A DNA stretch of 17,546 nucleotides from Promethearchaeota archaeon (GTDB lineage Archaea > Asgardarchaeota > Lokiarchaeia > Sigyniarchaeales > SOKP01). Both the position numbers and the translations under genes were made by a program. Below are positions 1 through 9,923 of this stretch, one piece after another. How positions within the stretch are numbered: the stretch's first letter is position 1; every line of letters starts with the position of its first letter. The notes below the pieces were generated by a model. It saw only the letters and a list, made by a program, of their open reading frames with translations. It searched no databases and was not told the origin of the DNA. The DNA lies in NCBI GenBank assembly GCA_048941265.1, contig JBHLNT010000078.1:1-17546 (forward strand), in the 5' to 3' direction.

Positions 1-170
1 TCTCTCATAGGACAAATTAAAGCTGAATTGCTAATGTTTCCTCTTTTAGGTAATGGATAAGATAATCCACAAATTTCACATTTAGCAAATCTTTTATAAT
101 TATTTGTTTTAAAAATAGAAATTGAGCAATTACAGTTTGGACAAATTCCGATTTCTTCAATTTTTCTCAT
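1..170 (-). CDS. Zinc-ribbon protein, topoisomerase IA C4-type Zn-finger-like (runs off the left edge)
   Basis: Not in the ORF track. ATG at 170-168 gives MRKIEEIGICPNCNCSISIFKTNNYKRFAKCEICGLSYPLPKRGNISNSALICPMR..., open to the edge. The CPxC...RF..C..C..YPLP..G pattern resembles archaeal topo IA C-terminal Zn ribbons. Confidence 0.7.
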   Translation of the reverse strand, partial: MRKIEEIGICPNCNCSISIFKTNNYKRFAKCEICGLSYPLPKRGNISNSALICPMR

Positions 171-308
171 AATTTCTTAAATATTTAGAATTTGCTTAAA
201 AATAGGAAATAGCCTAATTATTTAAAGAAAAAATTTGTTTTAAAATGAGATTTAAATTCTTATGCTTCAATTTTTTTTTTATAAAGATTTGATTTATAAA
301 GATCCATT

Positions 309-530
309 ATGGTATTATTTGATTATTTTGATGATGTTGCTAGAGGTATTGAATTTCTTATTGCTCTTGGTTCCATTGTAGGAGTACTAGGACTCATTGT
401 AGGCTTGCTTTTTACATTTATTGGAGGAAAGAGATTACGCTGGCATATGTTAGGATTAATTATTACTTCAATAGTGCTCATTAGTATATGTGGATTACAT
501 ACAGGTGCAAAATACTTTCATATTCATTAA
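309..530 (+). CDS. Small membrane protein, two predicted TM helices
   Basis: 73 aa; two hydrophobic stretches separated by a short basic loop (GGKRLRWH). Confidence 0.7.
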   Translation: MVLFDYFDDVARGIEFLIALGSIVGVLGLIVGLLFTFIGGKRLRWHMLGLIITSIVLISICGLHTGAKYFHIH

Positions 531-596
531 ATATTAATTATCTTTCTTATTCTAAGAGACTATTTACACTCAAAAAATATTATTTAACTATAAAGC

Positions 597-968
597 TTAG
601 TGATAACCCTCTGGAACTTCTTTCCCAGTTCCCCAGGGGCCTGTACCTATACTAGTAAAACCAAAAAAGTATCCAGAAAATGCTAGTAGAACAGTCCCTA
701 ATATCAAAAAACTAAATCCTTTTAATGGTGATCTAAACATAAATGAGAGGATACCGCAGAGTATCGATATAACTCCCAGAAATACTAATAATGTTCCAAC
801 CGTGATAAATATAAGAGTAAAATAAACACTAAATTTGTATCTTAAATTACTACCAAAGAAAGGAAAGTAAACCGTTAAAAATAAAACTATACCAAATAAA
901 ATCAAAAACATCCAATTGGAATTATTTTTTTTTTCTTTAATTATTACAAAATCTTTTTCGTGCGGCAT
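597..968 (-). CDS. Hypothetical membrane protein (~3 TM helices)
   Basis: 123 aa with three long hydrophobic segments; convergent with 309-530. Confidence 0.7.
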   Translation of the reverse strand: MPHEKDFVIIKEKKNNSNWMFLILFGIVLFLTVYFPFFGSNLRYKFSVYFTLIFITVGTLLVFLGVISILCGILSFMFRSPLKGFSFLILGTVLLAFSGYFFGFTSIGTGPWGTGKEVPEGYH

Positions 969-1166
969 TTCTATCGTAAAATTAAATAGATAATTTTCTA
1001 GACTTTTTATTTAACAGATCTATTTAAAAAAAAAATAATCAATCTTACCATTTTTTCTCTCTAAAGTTTACTTTACTCAATTATTAAATAGAAGCATTTT
1101 TACACATTTTAGTGTTTATAGAACCTTGAAACAAATTATTTAACTTATGAATACTGGTACTTATCT

Positions 1167-3194
1167 ATGAATGAAACACATTCTAAAGAAGAATTATCGA
1201 AGTTGCCCTTTATGAACAGTGATTTGGACTTGGAAAATAGGGTAGAAGATCTTCTTGGTAGGTTAACAATAGAGGAAAAATTCAAACTCAGTACAGGTAT
1301 ACAGCTATTCTTTACTCGAAATATCAATAGATTAAATATTCCGAAATTTAAAATGTGTGATGGTCCTCATGGGATAGGACCTCATAGTTCGGGCAATACA
1401 GAAAGCACTTATTTCCCTGTGGGTATTTGTAGAACAGCCACATGGAATTCAGAATTAGTTAAAAAATTCGGAATCGCCCTTGCTCAGGAGATAAGAGAAA
1501 TTGGATATCATATGTCTCTGGGTCCAGGAATAAATATTATACGAAGTCCTCTTGGGGGAAGGAATTTTGAATATCAAACAGAGGATCCTTATCTCAATAA
1601 AATTATGGTTATAAATATCGTAAAAGGTCTACAAAATCAAAGAATTGCTGCTTGTGTAAAACATTATATCTGTAATAACCAAGAAACAAATAGATTTACA
1701 GTTAGTTCCGAAGTTAATGAGAGAGCACTTCAAGAAATCTACCTACCTGCCTTTAAAGCTGCTGTTACTGAGGCTGATGCTTGGTCCTTTATGAGTTGTT
1801 ATAATAAAGTTAATGGAGTATATGGGTGTGAAAATAAGAATCTAATTAAAGAAAGATTAAGGGGTGAATGGGGTTTTAGAGGATTTGTTGTTACGGATTG
1901 GTATGCTACGAGATGGTCAGAAAGTACAGAAAAAGCTGTGAATGCGGGCTTGTCACTTGAAATGCCTACGGCAATCAAATATAAAAAAATAAAACTGAGA
2001 AAAACCCTCTCAGAAGGAAAATTTACTGAAGAAACACTAAATGAAAATATAAGAAGATTACTACGTGTTATGTTTCTCACCGGTCTTTTTGATGATAAAA
2101 GCAAAATCCCTTCAGGCAGTCGAAATACTGCTGAACATCAAGAGATTGCTCGTAAAATCGCTGAAGAGGGGATAATATTATTGAAAAATAAAGATAATTT
2201 ATTACCTTTAAATTTTGATAACCTAAAAAAAATAGCAATAATTGGTCCTAACGCCGATAAAAAGATGGCAATGGGTGGTGGAAGTTCTCAAGTACTACCC
2301 CCTTATGAAGTTACTCCCTTAAAAGGGATGCAAGAAAAATGTAATGGAAAAATTGAGATTACAGATAATCCCTCAGAAGCAGATATCACTATTATTTTTG
2401 CTGGATTAAACCATGAAAGAGGTATGGATGCTGAGTTTGTTGATAGAACATCTTTCGATCTTCAAACAGATCAAATTGAACTTATAATAGATACTGTAAA
2501 TCAAAATCCTAGAACAATTGTAGTCCTTATTAGTTGCATTGTAGGAATGAGTGATTGGGTCGATAAAGTTCCTGTAATATTACAAGCATGGTATCCTGGC
2601 ATGGAGGGGGGTCATGCAATTGCTAATATTCTATTTGGCAATGTAAATCCATCTGGTAAATTACCGGTAACTATCCCAAAAAAACTTTCAGACTCTCCAG
2701 CTCATATTTCTAAAAAAACATTTCCTGGTGGTAGAAAAGTATTTTATGATGAGGGCATTTTTGTAGGATATCGTCATTTTGACACGAAAAACATTGAACC
2801 TCTCTTTCCTTTCGGGTATGGATTATCTTATACAAATTTTACTTATGAAAATCTTAAAATTAGTAATAAAAAAATATTAAGGGATGAAACTTTTAATGTT
2901 TCATGCGACATAGTTAACTCAGGATTACGTACCGGAGCAGAAATAGTCCAACTCTATATTCAAGATGTTAAAGCTAGCGTAGAAAGACCTCTTAAAGAGC
3001 TTAAAGGTTTTAAGAAGATTATACTAAATTCAGGGGAAAAGCAAACGGTAAGGTTTATTGTTGATAAATGTTCTCTATCGTTCTATGATGAGAAGAATAA
3101 TCATTGGAGAGCAGAAGCTGGAAAATTTAATATCCTCATCGGGAGTTCTTCTCGAGATATTCGATTGAAGGGAGAAATAGAATATATTGAATAA
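1167..3194 (+). CDS. Glycoside hydrolase family 3 beta-glucosidase (BglX-like) with C-terminal Fn3-like domain, cytoplasmic
   Basis: GH3 motifs DGPHG, GGRNFEY..EDP, KHY, FMSCYN, GFVVTDW (nucleophile Asp), WYPGMEGG, PSGKLP, FPFGYGLSYT, ELKGF. No signal peptide visible. Confidence 0.95.
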   Translation: MNETHSKEELSKLPFMNSDLDLENRVEDLLGRLTIEEKFKLSTGIQLFFTRNINRLNIPKFKMCDGPHGIGPHSSGNTESTYFPVGICRTATWNSELVKKFGIALAQEIREIGYHMSLGPGINIIRSPLGGRNFEYQTEDPYLNKIMVINIVKGLQNQRIAACVKHYICNNQETNRFTVSSEVNERALQEIYLPAFKAAVTEADAWSFMSCYNKVNGVYGCENKNLIKERLRGEWGFRGFVVTDWYATRWSESTEKAVNAGLSLEMPTAIKYKKIKLRKTLSEGKFTEETLNENIRRLLRVMFLTGLFDDKSKIPSGSRNTAEHQEIARKIAEEGIILLKNKDNLLPLNFDNLKKIAIIGPNADKKMAMGGGSSQVLPPYEVTPLKGMQEKCNGKIEITDNPSEADITIIFAGLNHERGMDAEFVDRTSFDLQTDQIELIIDTVNQNPRTIVVLISCIVGMSDWVDKVPVILQAWYPGMEGGHAIANILFGNVNPSGKLPVTIPKKLSDSPAHISKKTFPGGRKVFYDEGIFVGYRHFDTKNIEPLFPFGYGLSYTNFTYENLKISNKKILRDETFNVSCDIVNSGLRTGAEIVQLYIQDVKASVERPLKELKGFKKIILNSGEKQTVRFIVDKCSLSFYDEKNNHWRAEAGKFNILIGSSSRDIRLKGEIEYIE

Positions 3195-3290
3195 CAAATC
3201 AGTTGAACTAATTATATTTTTTATTTATTTAAAAAAAAATGGATTTCTATTAACAAATCCTAAGCTTAATTGGAATAAAATATCTTAAAC

Positions 3291-4328
3291 TTATAACAGA
3301 CTCATATATGCTAATTCTTCTGTAGAATCTTCCAAGAATCCACAATGGGGGCATTCTTTTTTTCTAGGTTTATTTTTTTTACATGAAGGGCATACGTCCG
3401 AATAAAATGCTGAAGTAAAAGCTTCTCCAGTGAGTCCTTCGGTGTTGATCACTAATCCATCAACTTCTACCTGTTTTAAAACATCTTTACCCTCTTTGAG
3501 GTTGGAAAGTTTTTCGAATAGACCTATAACCTTTTCTTTTGAATTTTGGAATGGGCCTTTACCAATTGGTTCCCATGAAACGTTTGCCTCAAGTGATTCA
3601 AATATCCCCTCCTTTCTTACATTAAAATTATGGGGTGATCGGTGGACTTCTATACCTTTGATTTCTCCTTTAGGGGTGACTACTATAAATCCGACTGTAT
3701 TTTTAGGAAAATTCACATTTCTACTTCGATTTTCAGCTCGCTTGCGCCGCTCCTTAACACCTTGAGAATATTGCGTAATATCTGTGATATTTTGTTCTAA
3801 TTTCATTTCCTCACTAACTTTACTCCATACTTTTGATTGATCAATTTTTGAGACAGGAATATCTGTCATTGCACTTTGATATTTAAGCGTTCTTATTTCA
3901 TTGAGCATTCCACGACTTGCTTTTCCTCCATAACCAAATGCTGCTCCTGTGGAAAGATGATGAGGTGCATGGACGCATTTTACAGCAATTTCAATAACTT
4001 CCCTGGGTTGAACCATTACGGTGGCTATAGAAATACGATCTTGGGTTCCGCTGCCTTTAAAAATCTCACCTTCTTCTATAAGAATTGGAAGATCTCCTAG
4101 ATTTTCAAAACTTATATGTGCCACTTCAGTCCCTTTATCAATAATTTTACAGACTCCGTTTTCTAATGCCTCTGAAAGTGTAAGATAATCACGTTGTTCT
4201 TGAGGAGTTTCTTGCTTAATAATTGGAACGAATGAAATCTCATCAAGGATAATGGGGGTACCTACTTCCATTCCATCCATCTCTGTTATTTGTTTAGCAT
4301 ATTTTCTTATTACCTCTATTTTTGACAT
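3291..4328 (-). CDS. ARPP-1/DUF6569-like domain protein with C-terminal Zn ribbon
   Basis: YLTLSEAL, N.G..PILI.EGE...G..QDR, VKCV and QSKVW resemble the ARPP-1 (DUF6569) family as recalled. C-terminal CPSC-x9-CPHC. GAGGTG SD at 4339-4344. Confidence 0.7.
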   Translation of the reverse strand: MSKIEVIRKYAKQITEMDGMEVGTPIILDEISFVPIIKQETPQEQRDYLTLSEALENGVCKIIDKGTEVAHISFENLGDLPILIEEGEIFKGSGTQDRISIATVMVQPREVIEIAVKCVHAPHHLSTGAAFGYGGKASRGMLNEIRTLKYQSAMTDIPVSKIDQSKVWSKVSEEMKLEQNITDITQYSQGVKERRKRAENRSRNVNFPKNTVGFIVVTPKGEIKGIEVHRSPHNFNVRKEGIFESLEANVSWEPIGKGPFQNSKEKVIGLFEKLSNLKEGKDVLKQVEVDGLVINTEGLTGEAFTSAFYSDVCPSCKKNKPRKKECPHCGFLEDSTEELAYMSLL

Positions 4329-4338
4329 ATTTTAAATT

Positions 4339-4344
4339 CACCTC
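4339..4344 (-). promoter_or_regulatory. Shine-Dalgarno GAGGTG for 3291-4328
   Basis: cacctc on the + strand, 10 nt upstream of the ATG. Confidence 0.6.
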
Positions 4345-4503
4345 TATATAATTTTTAACTGATAGAGAAAGAAAACTGTTTCTAAATTAAATTCTCTAAA
4401 TGAAATTCAATGAATTTTAATCTTTTTATTGAACTTCAATTTTGATAACCATGAAAATACACACATAAAAATTTATCCATTCTTTAAAAAGTAAATAAAT
4501 GAT

Positions 4504-4623
4504 TTATTGTGCAATAAAATACATAGGGCTGGACCATGCTTGATGGCCATTTTCTAATGTAAGCTTTACAAAAATCCGCTCATCTTTAGTAGAAATTGGT
4601 TTTAAAGGGATATCAGTTTGCAT
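4504..4623 (-). pseudogene. 39-codon fragment resembling the C-terminus of DUF3604/CehA-McbA-like PHP metallohydrolases
   Basis: MQTDIPLKPISTKDERIFVKLTLENGHQAWSSPMYFIAQ*. The G..AWSSP motif at the extreme C-terminus is typical of those families. An in-frame TAA at 4639-4641 blocks upstream extension. Confidence 0.5.
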
Positions 4624-5181
4624 TATAAATGAAGTATTTTAATATTACTACTCTTGATAACTTTATTATCAGTTTAATTTGAAAAATTATATAATCTTCA
4701 TGTTAAGCCTATTTATTAGTATCGAAATAAAATGTCATAAGAATTATTTTGTGATTAATAAAATTAAAAGTGAAAAATACCTCAAAACAGAATGAACAAT
4801 TATTAGATCTTGCTTAATTTTATTTTAAAATAAATTATACTTATAAATATAACTAATATAGTCATACTATATTAAATATATAAAAGAATTCATAAATTTA
4901 TATAACCTTGTAATATTGATTTTATCGATATAATTTTTTCAGATTTTTCTTATAGAATGATTTAAGATTTTAAAATAAAACATGAAGACTGAAAAAAAAT
5001 CAGATTTTGAATAAATAACTGAAAATCTTTCAGTATATATGAAATTTGAATAAGTGTTTTGTATGAATTTTCATAATTTGTATGAATTGTCGAATCAAAT
5101 TATGAAAAGATATGAATCCAAATTATAAGCATAAAAAAGAAAAAAAATAGAATTGAAAAAAACAAATGGTGAAAAAAATAT

Positions 5182-6834
5182 ATGACAAAGTTTTCACTTA
5201 TTACACACAGAAATAGTATGGTAGGAGCCCGTACACGTGTAGAAGATTCATGTGAATCGGGATTGTGTCCTATTTGTATAGCAGATTGCTCAGTTTGGTG
5301 TGAAGTAAGCAAAAGTGCTTTAAGAGGCCGTGAAGTATTATATCCTTTAAGGGAATTTTTTGGAGATTCTACCGCAGGAACACCAAAAGACTTTAGGTTT
5401 TCTTATGGTGATTTTCAAATAATGTTTGATTGTCGTGGAGCCCAAGGTTTAGACATTGTGAACGAAGATACAGTAATTTTTCCAAATGCAGATATTACTG
5501 CTAAATGGGGAAATATTGATCAAAAGCTTCCCTTTGTTATTGCAGGATTAGGGAGTACTTATGTAGCTAAAAGAAATTGGGATGGTTTAGCCATGGGCGC
5601 GGCATTATCCGGTGTAAGTTTAACAATCGGCGAAAACGTTATAGGAATGGATCCTAAGGCAACATTCACTGAAGGAAATCCTTATCCAAAAGTTATAGAA
5701 ACCAAAGACATGAAAAAGCGAATTGCAATTTATAGAGAGTTCTGGGACGGAAAACATGGAGATATTATTGTTCAAAAGAATGTAGAAGATGGTAGATTAG
5801 GAGCATTCGAATATGTGACTTCTAACCTTGATGTTTCTTCACTTGAACTCAAATTTGGTCAAGGTGCGAAAGCAATTGGAGGTGAAGTAAGGTTATCCAC
5901 CCTTGAAAGAGCGCAGCTCCTTCAAAAACGGGGTTATCTTGTCATACCCGATCCAAGCGATCCTATTGTTATAGAACAATATAAAAATGGTTTGATTTTG
6001 GATTTTGAAAGGCATAGTAGGGTTGGTTTAGCGACTACTGAAGATGTTTTAGAAGAGATTGATCAAATTCGTTCAAATGGGGCTAAAAACATCTTTTTGA
6101 AGACTGGAGCTTATAGACCTTCCGGTACGGCTTGGATAGTAAGATTAGGAGTTGAGGGAAAAGTAGATGGAATGACCTTTGACGGAGCAGGAGGAGGAAC
6201 GGGAATGAGTCCAGTAGGTATGATGAATGAGGGTTCAATCCCCACTGCTTATTTAGAAGCATTAGTCGTTGGATGTTTAGATATGATAAAGAAGAAGAGC
6301 CCAAATGCAAAAATCCCAACTGTGGCAATGGCAGGAGGTTTTGCTAATGAAACTCAAATGTTTAAAGCATTAGCAATGGGCGCTCCTTATATGACTTGTA
6401 TAGCAGTGGCGAGGGCTCCGATAACTGCCGCTATGAAAGCAAAATGGGCGTGCGAAGCAATAGAAAATAAAGAAGTTACCCCTGCGATGCTTAACTATTT
6501 GGGATTTCCAAAAGATAAAGATCCTGACAGCTTGACAATGAGCGAAGCATTTCTTGAATATGATGCCCTAATGCGAAAATATAGTAACAGAGAAATCCCC
6601 GCTTCAGCTATAGGTGTCTACACTTATTTCACAAGTAAATTAGGAATAGGATTAAAACAACTTCTGGCGGGTGCTAGAAAATTCAAATTAAATCTACTTA
6701 ATCGAGAGGATATTGCTGCGATTTCTCAACGCGCTATAAATGTGTGTAAACATTGGAATCTAGGGATTCTTTCTCAGGAGGAACTTGATATGGAATTAGT
6801 GAAGAAAGAAATTTATTCAGGTATTTATGAATAA
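5182..6834 (+). CDS. FMN-binding glutamate synthase family protein (stand-alone archaeal-type synthase domain)
   Basis: N-terminal SGLCPICIADCSVWCE Cys cluster; IGENV, ELKFGQGAKAIGGE, LKTGAY, DGAGGGTGMSP, AGGF, KALAMGAP. GGTGA SD at 5168-5172. Confidence 0.9.
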   Translation: MTKFSLITHRNSMVGARTRVEDSCESGLCPICIADCSVWCEVSKSALRGREVLYPLREFFGDSTAGTPKDFRFSYGDFQIMFDCRGAQGLDIVNEDTVIFPNADITAKWGNIDQKLPFVIAGLGSTYVAKRNWDGLAMGAALSGVSLTIGENVIGMDPKATFTEGNPYPKVIETKDMKKRIAIYREFWDGKHGDIIVQKNVEDGRLGAFEYVTSNLDVSSLELKFGQGAKAIGGEVRLSTLERAQLLQKRGYLVIPDPSDPIVIEQYKNGLILDFERHSRVGLATTEDVLEEIDQIRSNGAKNIFLKTGAYRPSGTAWIVRLGVEGKVDGMTFDGAGGGTGMSPVGMMNEGSIPTAYLEALVVGCLDMIKKKSPNAKIPTVAMAGGFANETQMFKALAMGAPYMTCIAVARAPITAAMKAKWACEAIENKEVTPAMLNYLGFPKDKDPDSLTMSEAFLEYDALMRKYSNREIPASAIGVYTYFTSKLGIGLKQLLAGARKFKLNLLNREDIAAISQRAINVCKHWNLGILSQEELDMELVKKEIYSGIYE

Positions 6835-6895
6835 AATATTCATCAATTCCTTAATAAAATCAAAATTTTTTCTTATTTTTATCTATAAATTTTTT

Positions 6896-8455
6896 TTATT
6901 CATATTCAATTGTACTTGGAGGTTTATTTGAGATATCATAAACCACACGGTTGATTCCTTTTACTTCATTTATGATCCGAGTTCCAATTTTCTCTAAAAG
7001 CTCCCAGTCTAATTTAGCGAAATTTGCAGTCATCGCATCACGCGATTCTACAGCTCGGATAGCGCATAAATCTTCATAAGTCCTATAATCACCCATTATT
7101 CCTACTGATTTTACAGGTAAAAGAACACAAAATGCTTGCCATAGATTATTGTATATTCCTGCTTTCTTAATTTCTTCAATTAAAATCTTATCTGCTTCTC
7201 TTAAAGTATCGAGTCTTTCTTTAACGATTGCTCCGATACATCTTACTGCAAGACCTGGGCCTGGAAAAGGGTGGCGATTAACAATATCTTCTGAAAGACC
7301 AAGTTCTAAACCAATTTTTCTTACTTCATCTTTATATAATTCCTTTAAAGGTTCAATTATTTCAAGAAGCATATTATCAGGTAAAGTTAAGTTATGATGT
7401 GATTTTATCTTGGCAGAAGCATTACTCGTTGCAGCAGTTTCTACTCGATCGGGATAAATTGTGCCTTGAGCAAGAAATCTAATATTGGGAAATTCATGTT
7501 CTAATTCAATTGTTTTATTTTCAAATACTTTAATAAATGTATGTCCAATTATTTTTCGTTTCTCTTCTGGGTCCGCAACTTCTTTTAGTTTTTCTAAGAA
7601 GATATCTTCTGCATTAATATAGTGAAAGTTTTTAAGTTGTAATTTCTCTTTAAAAGTTTCTTGTACCTCAATATCTTCGTTTTTTCGTAAAAGCCCATTA
7701 TTAACAAATATACAATGTAATCGATCTCCGATTGCTTTATGAAGGAGCACCGCTGTAACCGAAGAATCAACCCCTCCACTAAGCCCTAAAATCACACTAT
7801 TTTTGACTCCGATTTCATTTCGTATTTCTTCAATCGTACGATTTATCCAATCTTTTAATATCCATTGTTTTTTGCATTTTGCAATTTTTAATACGAAATT
7901 TTCTAAGATTACCTGACCTTTTGAAGTATGTACGACTTCTGGATGAAATTGAACACCATAGAGTAGTTTTACGTCATTTCCGTAGGCAGCAACTGGACAA
8001 GTTTCTGTTTGAGCTAAAATTTTAAATCCCTGAGGTAATACATCAACTTGATCCCCATGAGACATCCATACTATTTCTTTATTCTCTAATGATGCAAAAA
8101 GTAAGTTTTTTTCTATAATTTTTATAGAGGTTTTTCCATATTCTTTATGTTCTTTAGGCTCAATCATCCCTCCCATTTCTTGGATTATTAAATGATGACC
8201 ATAACATATTCCTAATACAGGTATTTTATTTTCAATTGTATACTTAAAAAAATCTTTTGTAACATTAGGGCTATTTGGCTCGTAGACACTACCGGGTCCT
8301 CCGGACAAGATAATTCCTTTAGGACTTAAACTTCTAAGATCTTCAAGAGAAACTTCGAATGGTACGATTTCAGAATATACTCCTAATTCTCTTATTCTTC
8401 TTGCAATTAAATGACAATATTGACCTCCGAAATCAACTACTATTATCTTATCCAT
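6896..8455 (-). CDS. guaA: GMP synthase (glutamine-hydrolysing), fused GATase + ATP pyrophosphatase
   Basis: DFGGQY, LSGGPGSV, LGICYG (catalytic Cys), QFHPEV, LSGGVDSS, QGTIYPD, IKSHHN, RHPFPGPGL, KPPSTIEYE. Confidence 0.98.
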   Translation of the reverse strand: MDKIIVVDFGGQYCHLIARRIRELGVYSEIVPFEVSLEDLRSLSPKGIILSGGPGSVYEPNSPNVTKDFFKYTIENKIPVLGICYGHHLIIQEMGGMIEPKEHKEYGKTSIKIIEKNLLFASLENKEIVWMSHGDQVDVLPQGFKILAQTETCPVAAYGNDVKLLYGVQFHPEVVHTSKGQVILENFVLKIAKCKKQWILKDWINRTIEEIRNEIGVKNSVILGLSGGVDSSVTAVLLHKAIGDRLHCIFVNNGLLRKNEDIEVQETFKEKLQLKNFHYINAEDIFLEKLKEVADPEEKRKIIGHTFIKVFENKTIELEHEFPNIRFLAQGTIYPDRVETAATSNASAKIKSHHNLTLPDNMLLEIIEPLKELYKDEVRKIGLELGLSEDIVNRHPFPGPGLAVRCIGAIVKERLDTLREADKILIEEIKKAGIYNNLWQAFCVLLPVKSVGIMGDYRTYEDLCAIRAVESRDAMTANFAKLDWELLEKIGTRIINEVKGINRVVYDISNKPPSTIEYE

Positions 8456-8639
8456 AAAACCTTTATCTCTATTAAATTTAAAATATTCTATTATGTTAAA
8501 AAATGAAGGAAAGTTAAAATAATTATTATCAATTAGAAATTATGATCAATTTTTTATAGATCAAATATTTAAATATCAATTTCGACTATTTTAAGTTAAA
8601 ATCTGCTTAAAACTACACAAGAGGTAAAGAAGCAGTATC

Positions 8640-9890
8640 ATGGAAATCAATGCATATGAAGTAAGTTTAAAACAACTTGAAAATGTTGCAAAAGTTATAA
8701 ATTTAAATATAGATATTCATGAAAGGCTCAAATTTCCCGAGCGTATACTAACAGTTTCGATTCCGATCCGAATGAAAAATGGAAGGATTAAAGTTTTTCA
8801 GGGACACAGAGTCCAACATTGTACAGTTCGAGGTCCTGGAAAAGGGGGAGTAAGATTTGATTCTAACGTAAATATTGATGAAATTAAAGCATTAGCCATG
8901 TGGATGACTTGGAAAACAAGTCTTTTAAAACTACCATTGGGAGGGGCAAAAGGAGGTATATGTGTTGATCCAAAGAAATTAACTCAAGAAGAACTTGAAA
9001 GATTAACACGAAGATATACATCTGAAATAATAAATATCATTGGACCAGATATGGATATTCCTGCGCCTGACATGAATACGAATTCGCAAACAATGGCTTG
9101 GATCATGGATACATATTCTATGAATAAAGGAAGGACTATTCCAGGGGTAGTGACCGGTAAACCAGTAGAAATTGGCGGATCTTTAGGTAGAGTCCGAGCC
9201 ACTGGTATGGGATTATTTTATGTAATCCAAGCATTATGTAAGAAAACAGGTTTGAATCTAGCACAATCAACTGCAGCTGTTCAGGGTTTTGGAAATGTAG
9301 GGAGTGTAATTGCCGAAGAATTATATAGCGTTGGATGTAAAATCATAGCAGCTGCTGATTCATCAGCTTGTCTTTTTTCTCAACAAGGCTTAAATATCCC
9401 AAAATTAATAGAATGGAAAGATAAAAACCAAACATTTAAGGATTATAAGGATACGTCGATAAAAATTCTCTCAAACTCCGAAGTATTATCTTTAGAATGT
9501 GATATCTTAATCCCTGCTGCAAGAGAAAATCAAATAACACAACAGAATGCTGAAAAAATTAACTGTAAAATTATTTTAGAGGGTGCGAACGGTCCTACTA
9601 CTCCTGAAGCAGATAAGATTTTAAATAACAAAGATATAATTGTCGTTCCCGATATTTTAGCTAATGCTGGTGGAGTTCTTGTCTCATATTTTGAATATAT
9701 TCAAGATATAAATGCATTTTTCTGGGATTTAGACAGAATTAATAAAGAGCTCAAAAGAGTTCTTTTGAGGGCATTTGGAGATGTATATACTCTCTCTCAG
9801 GAGAGAAAAATATCGTTAAGAATGGCCGCTTATGTCCTTGCAGTTACAGGTGTAGCTGAAGCAATAAAATTGCGGGGTTTTTATCCATAA
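8640..9890 (+). CDS. gdhA: Glutamate dehydrogenase (Glu/Leu/Phe/Val dehydrogenase family)
   Basis: GPGKGGVRF, MTWK, GGAKGG, DIPAPDMNT, VTGKP, QGFGNVG, EGANGPTT, PDILANAGGV. Confidence 0.95.
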   Translation: MEINAYEVSLKQLENVAKVINLNIDIHERLKFPERILTVSIPIRMKNGRIKVFQGHRVQHCTVRGPGKGGVRFDSNVNIDEIKALAMWMTWKTSLLKLPLGGAKGGICVDPKKLTQEELERLTRRYTSEIINIIGPDMDIPAPDMNTNSQTMAWIMDTYSMNKGRTIPGVVTGKPVEIGGSLGRVRATGMGLFYVIQALCKKTGLNLAQSTAAVQGFGNVGSVIAEELYSVGCKIIAAADSSACLFSQQGLNIPKLIEWKDKNQTFKDYKDTSIKILSNSEVLSLECDILIPAARENQITQQNAEKINCKIILEGANGPTTPEADKILNNKDIIVVPDILANAGGVLVSYFEYIQDINAFFWDLDRINKELKRVLLRAFGDVYTLSQERKISLRMAAYVLAVTGVAEAIKLRGFYP

Positions 9891-9923
9891 TAGTAAATAG
9901 TTAATGCTTCTAGGTATAATGAA

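Noticed and set aside
1145-2104. Minus-strand ORFs 1145-1327 and 1799-2104
   Set aside because: Antisense shadows of the GH3 gene with no motifs.
3430-4100. Plus-strand ORFs 3430-3765 and 3876-4100
   Set aside because: Antisense to the ARPP-1-like gene, which has better motif and SD support.
4982-5014. Tiny ORF MKTEKKSDFE upstream of the glutamate synthase-like gene
   Set aside because: Ten codons, no SD and no telling composition; expected by chance.
4860-5181. NrpR operator (GGAA-N6-TTCC) upstream of the glutamate synthase-like gene
   Set aside because: Looked for by eye and not found.
5100-6328. ORFs 5100-5312 and 6083-6328 (-)
   Set aside because: Overlap the glutamate synthase-like gene in antisense; the Phe run derives from a poly-A spacer.
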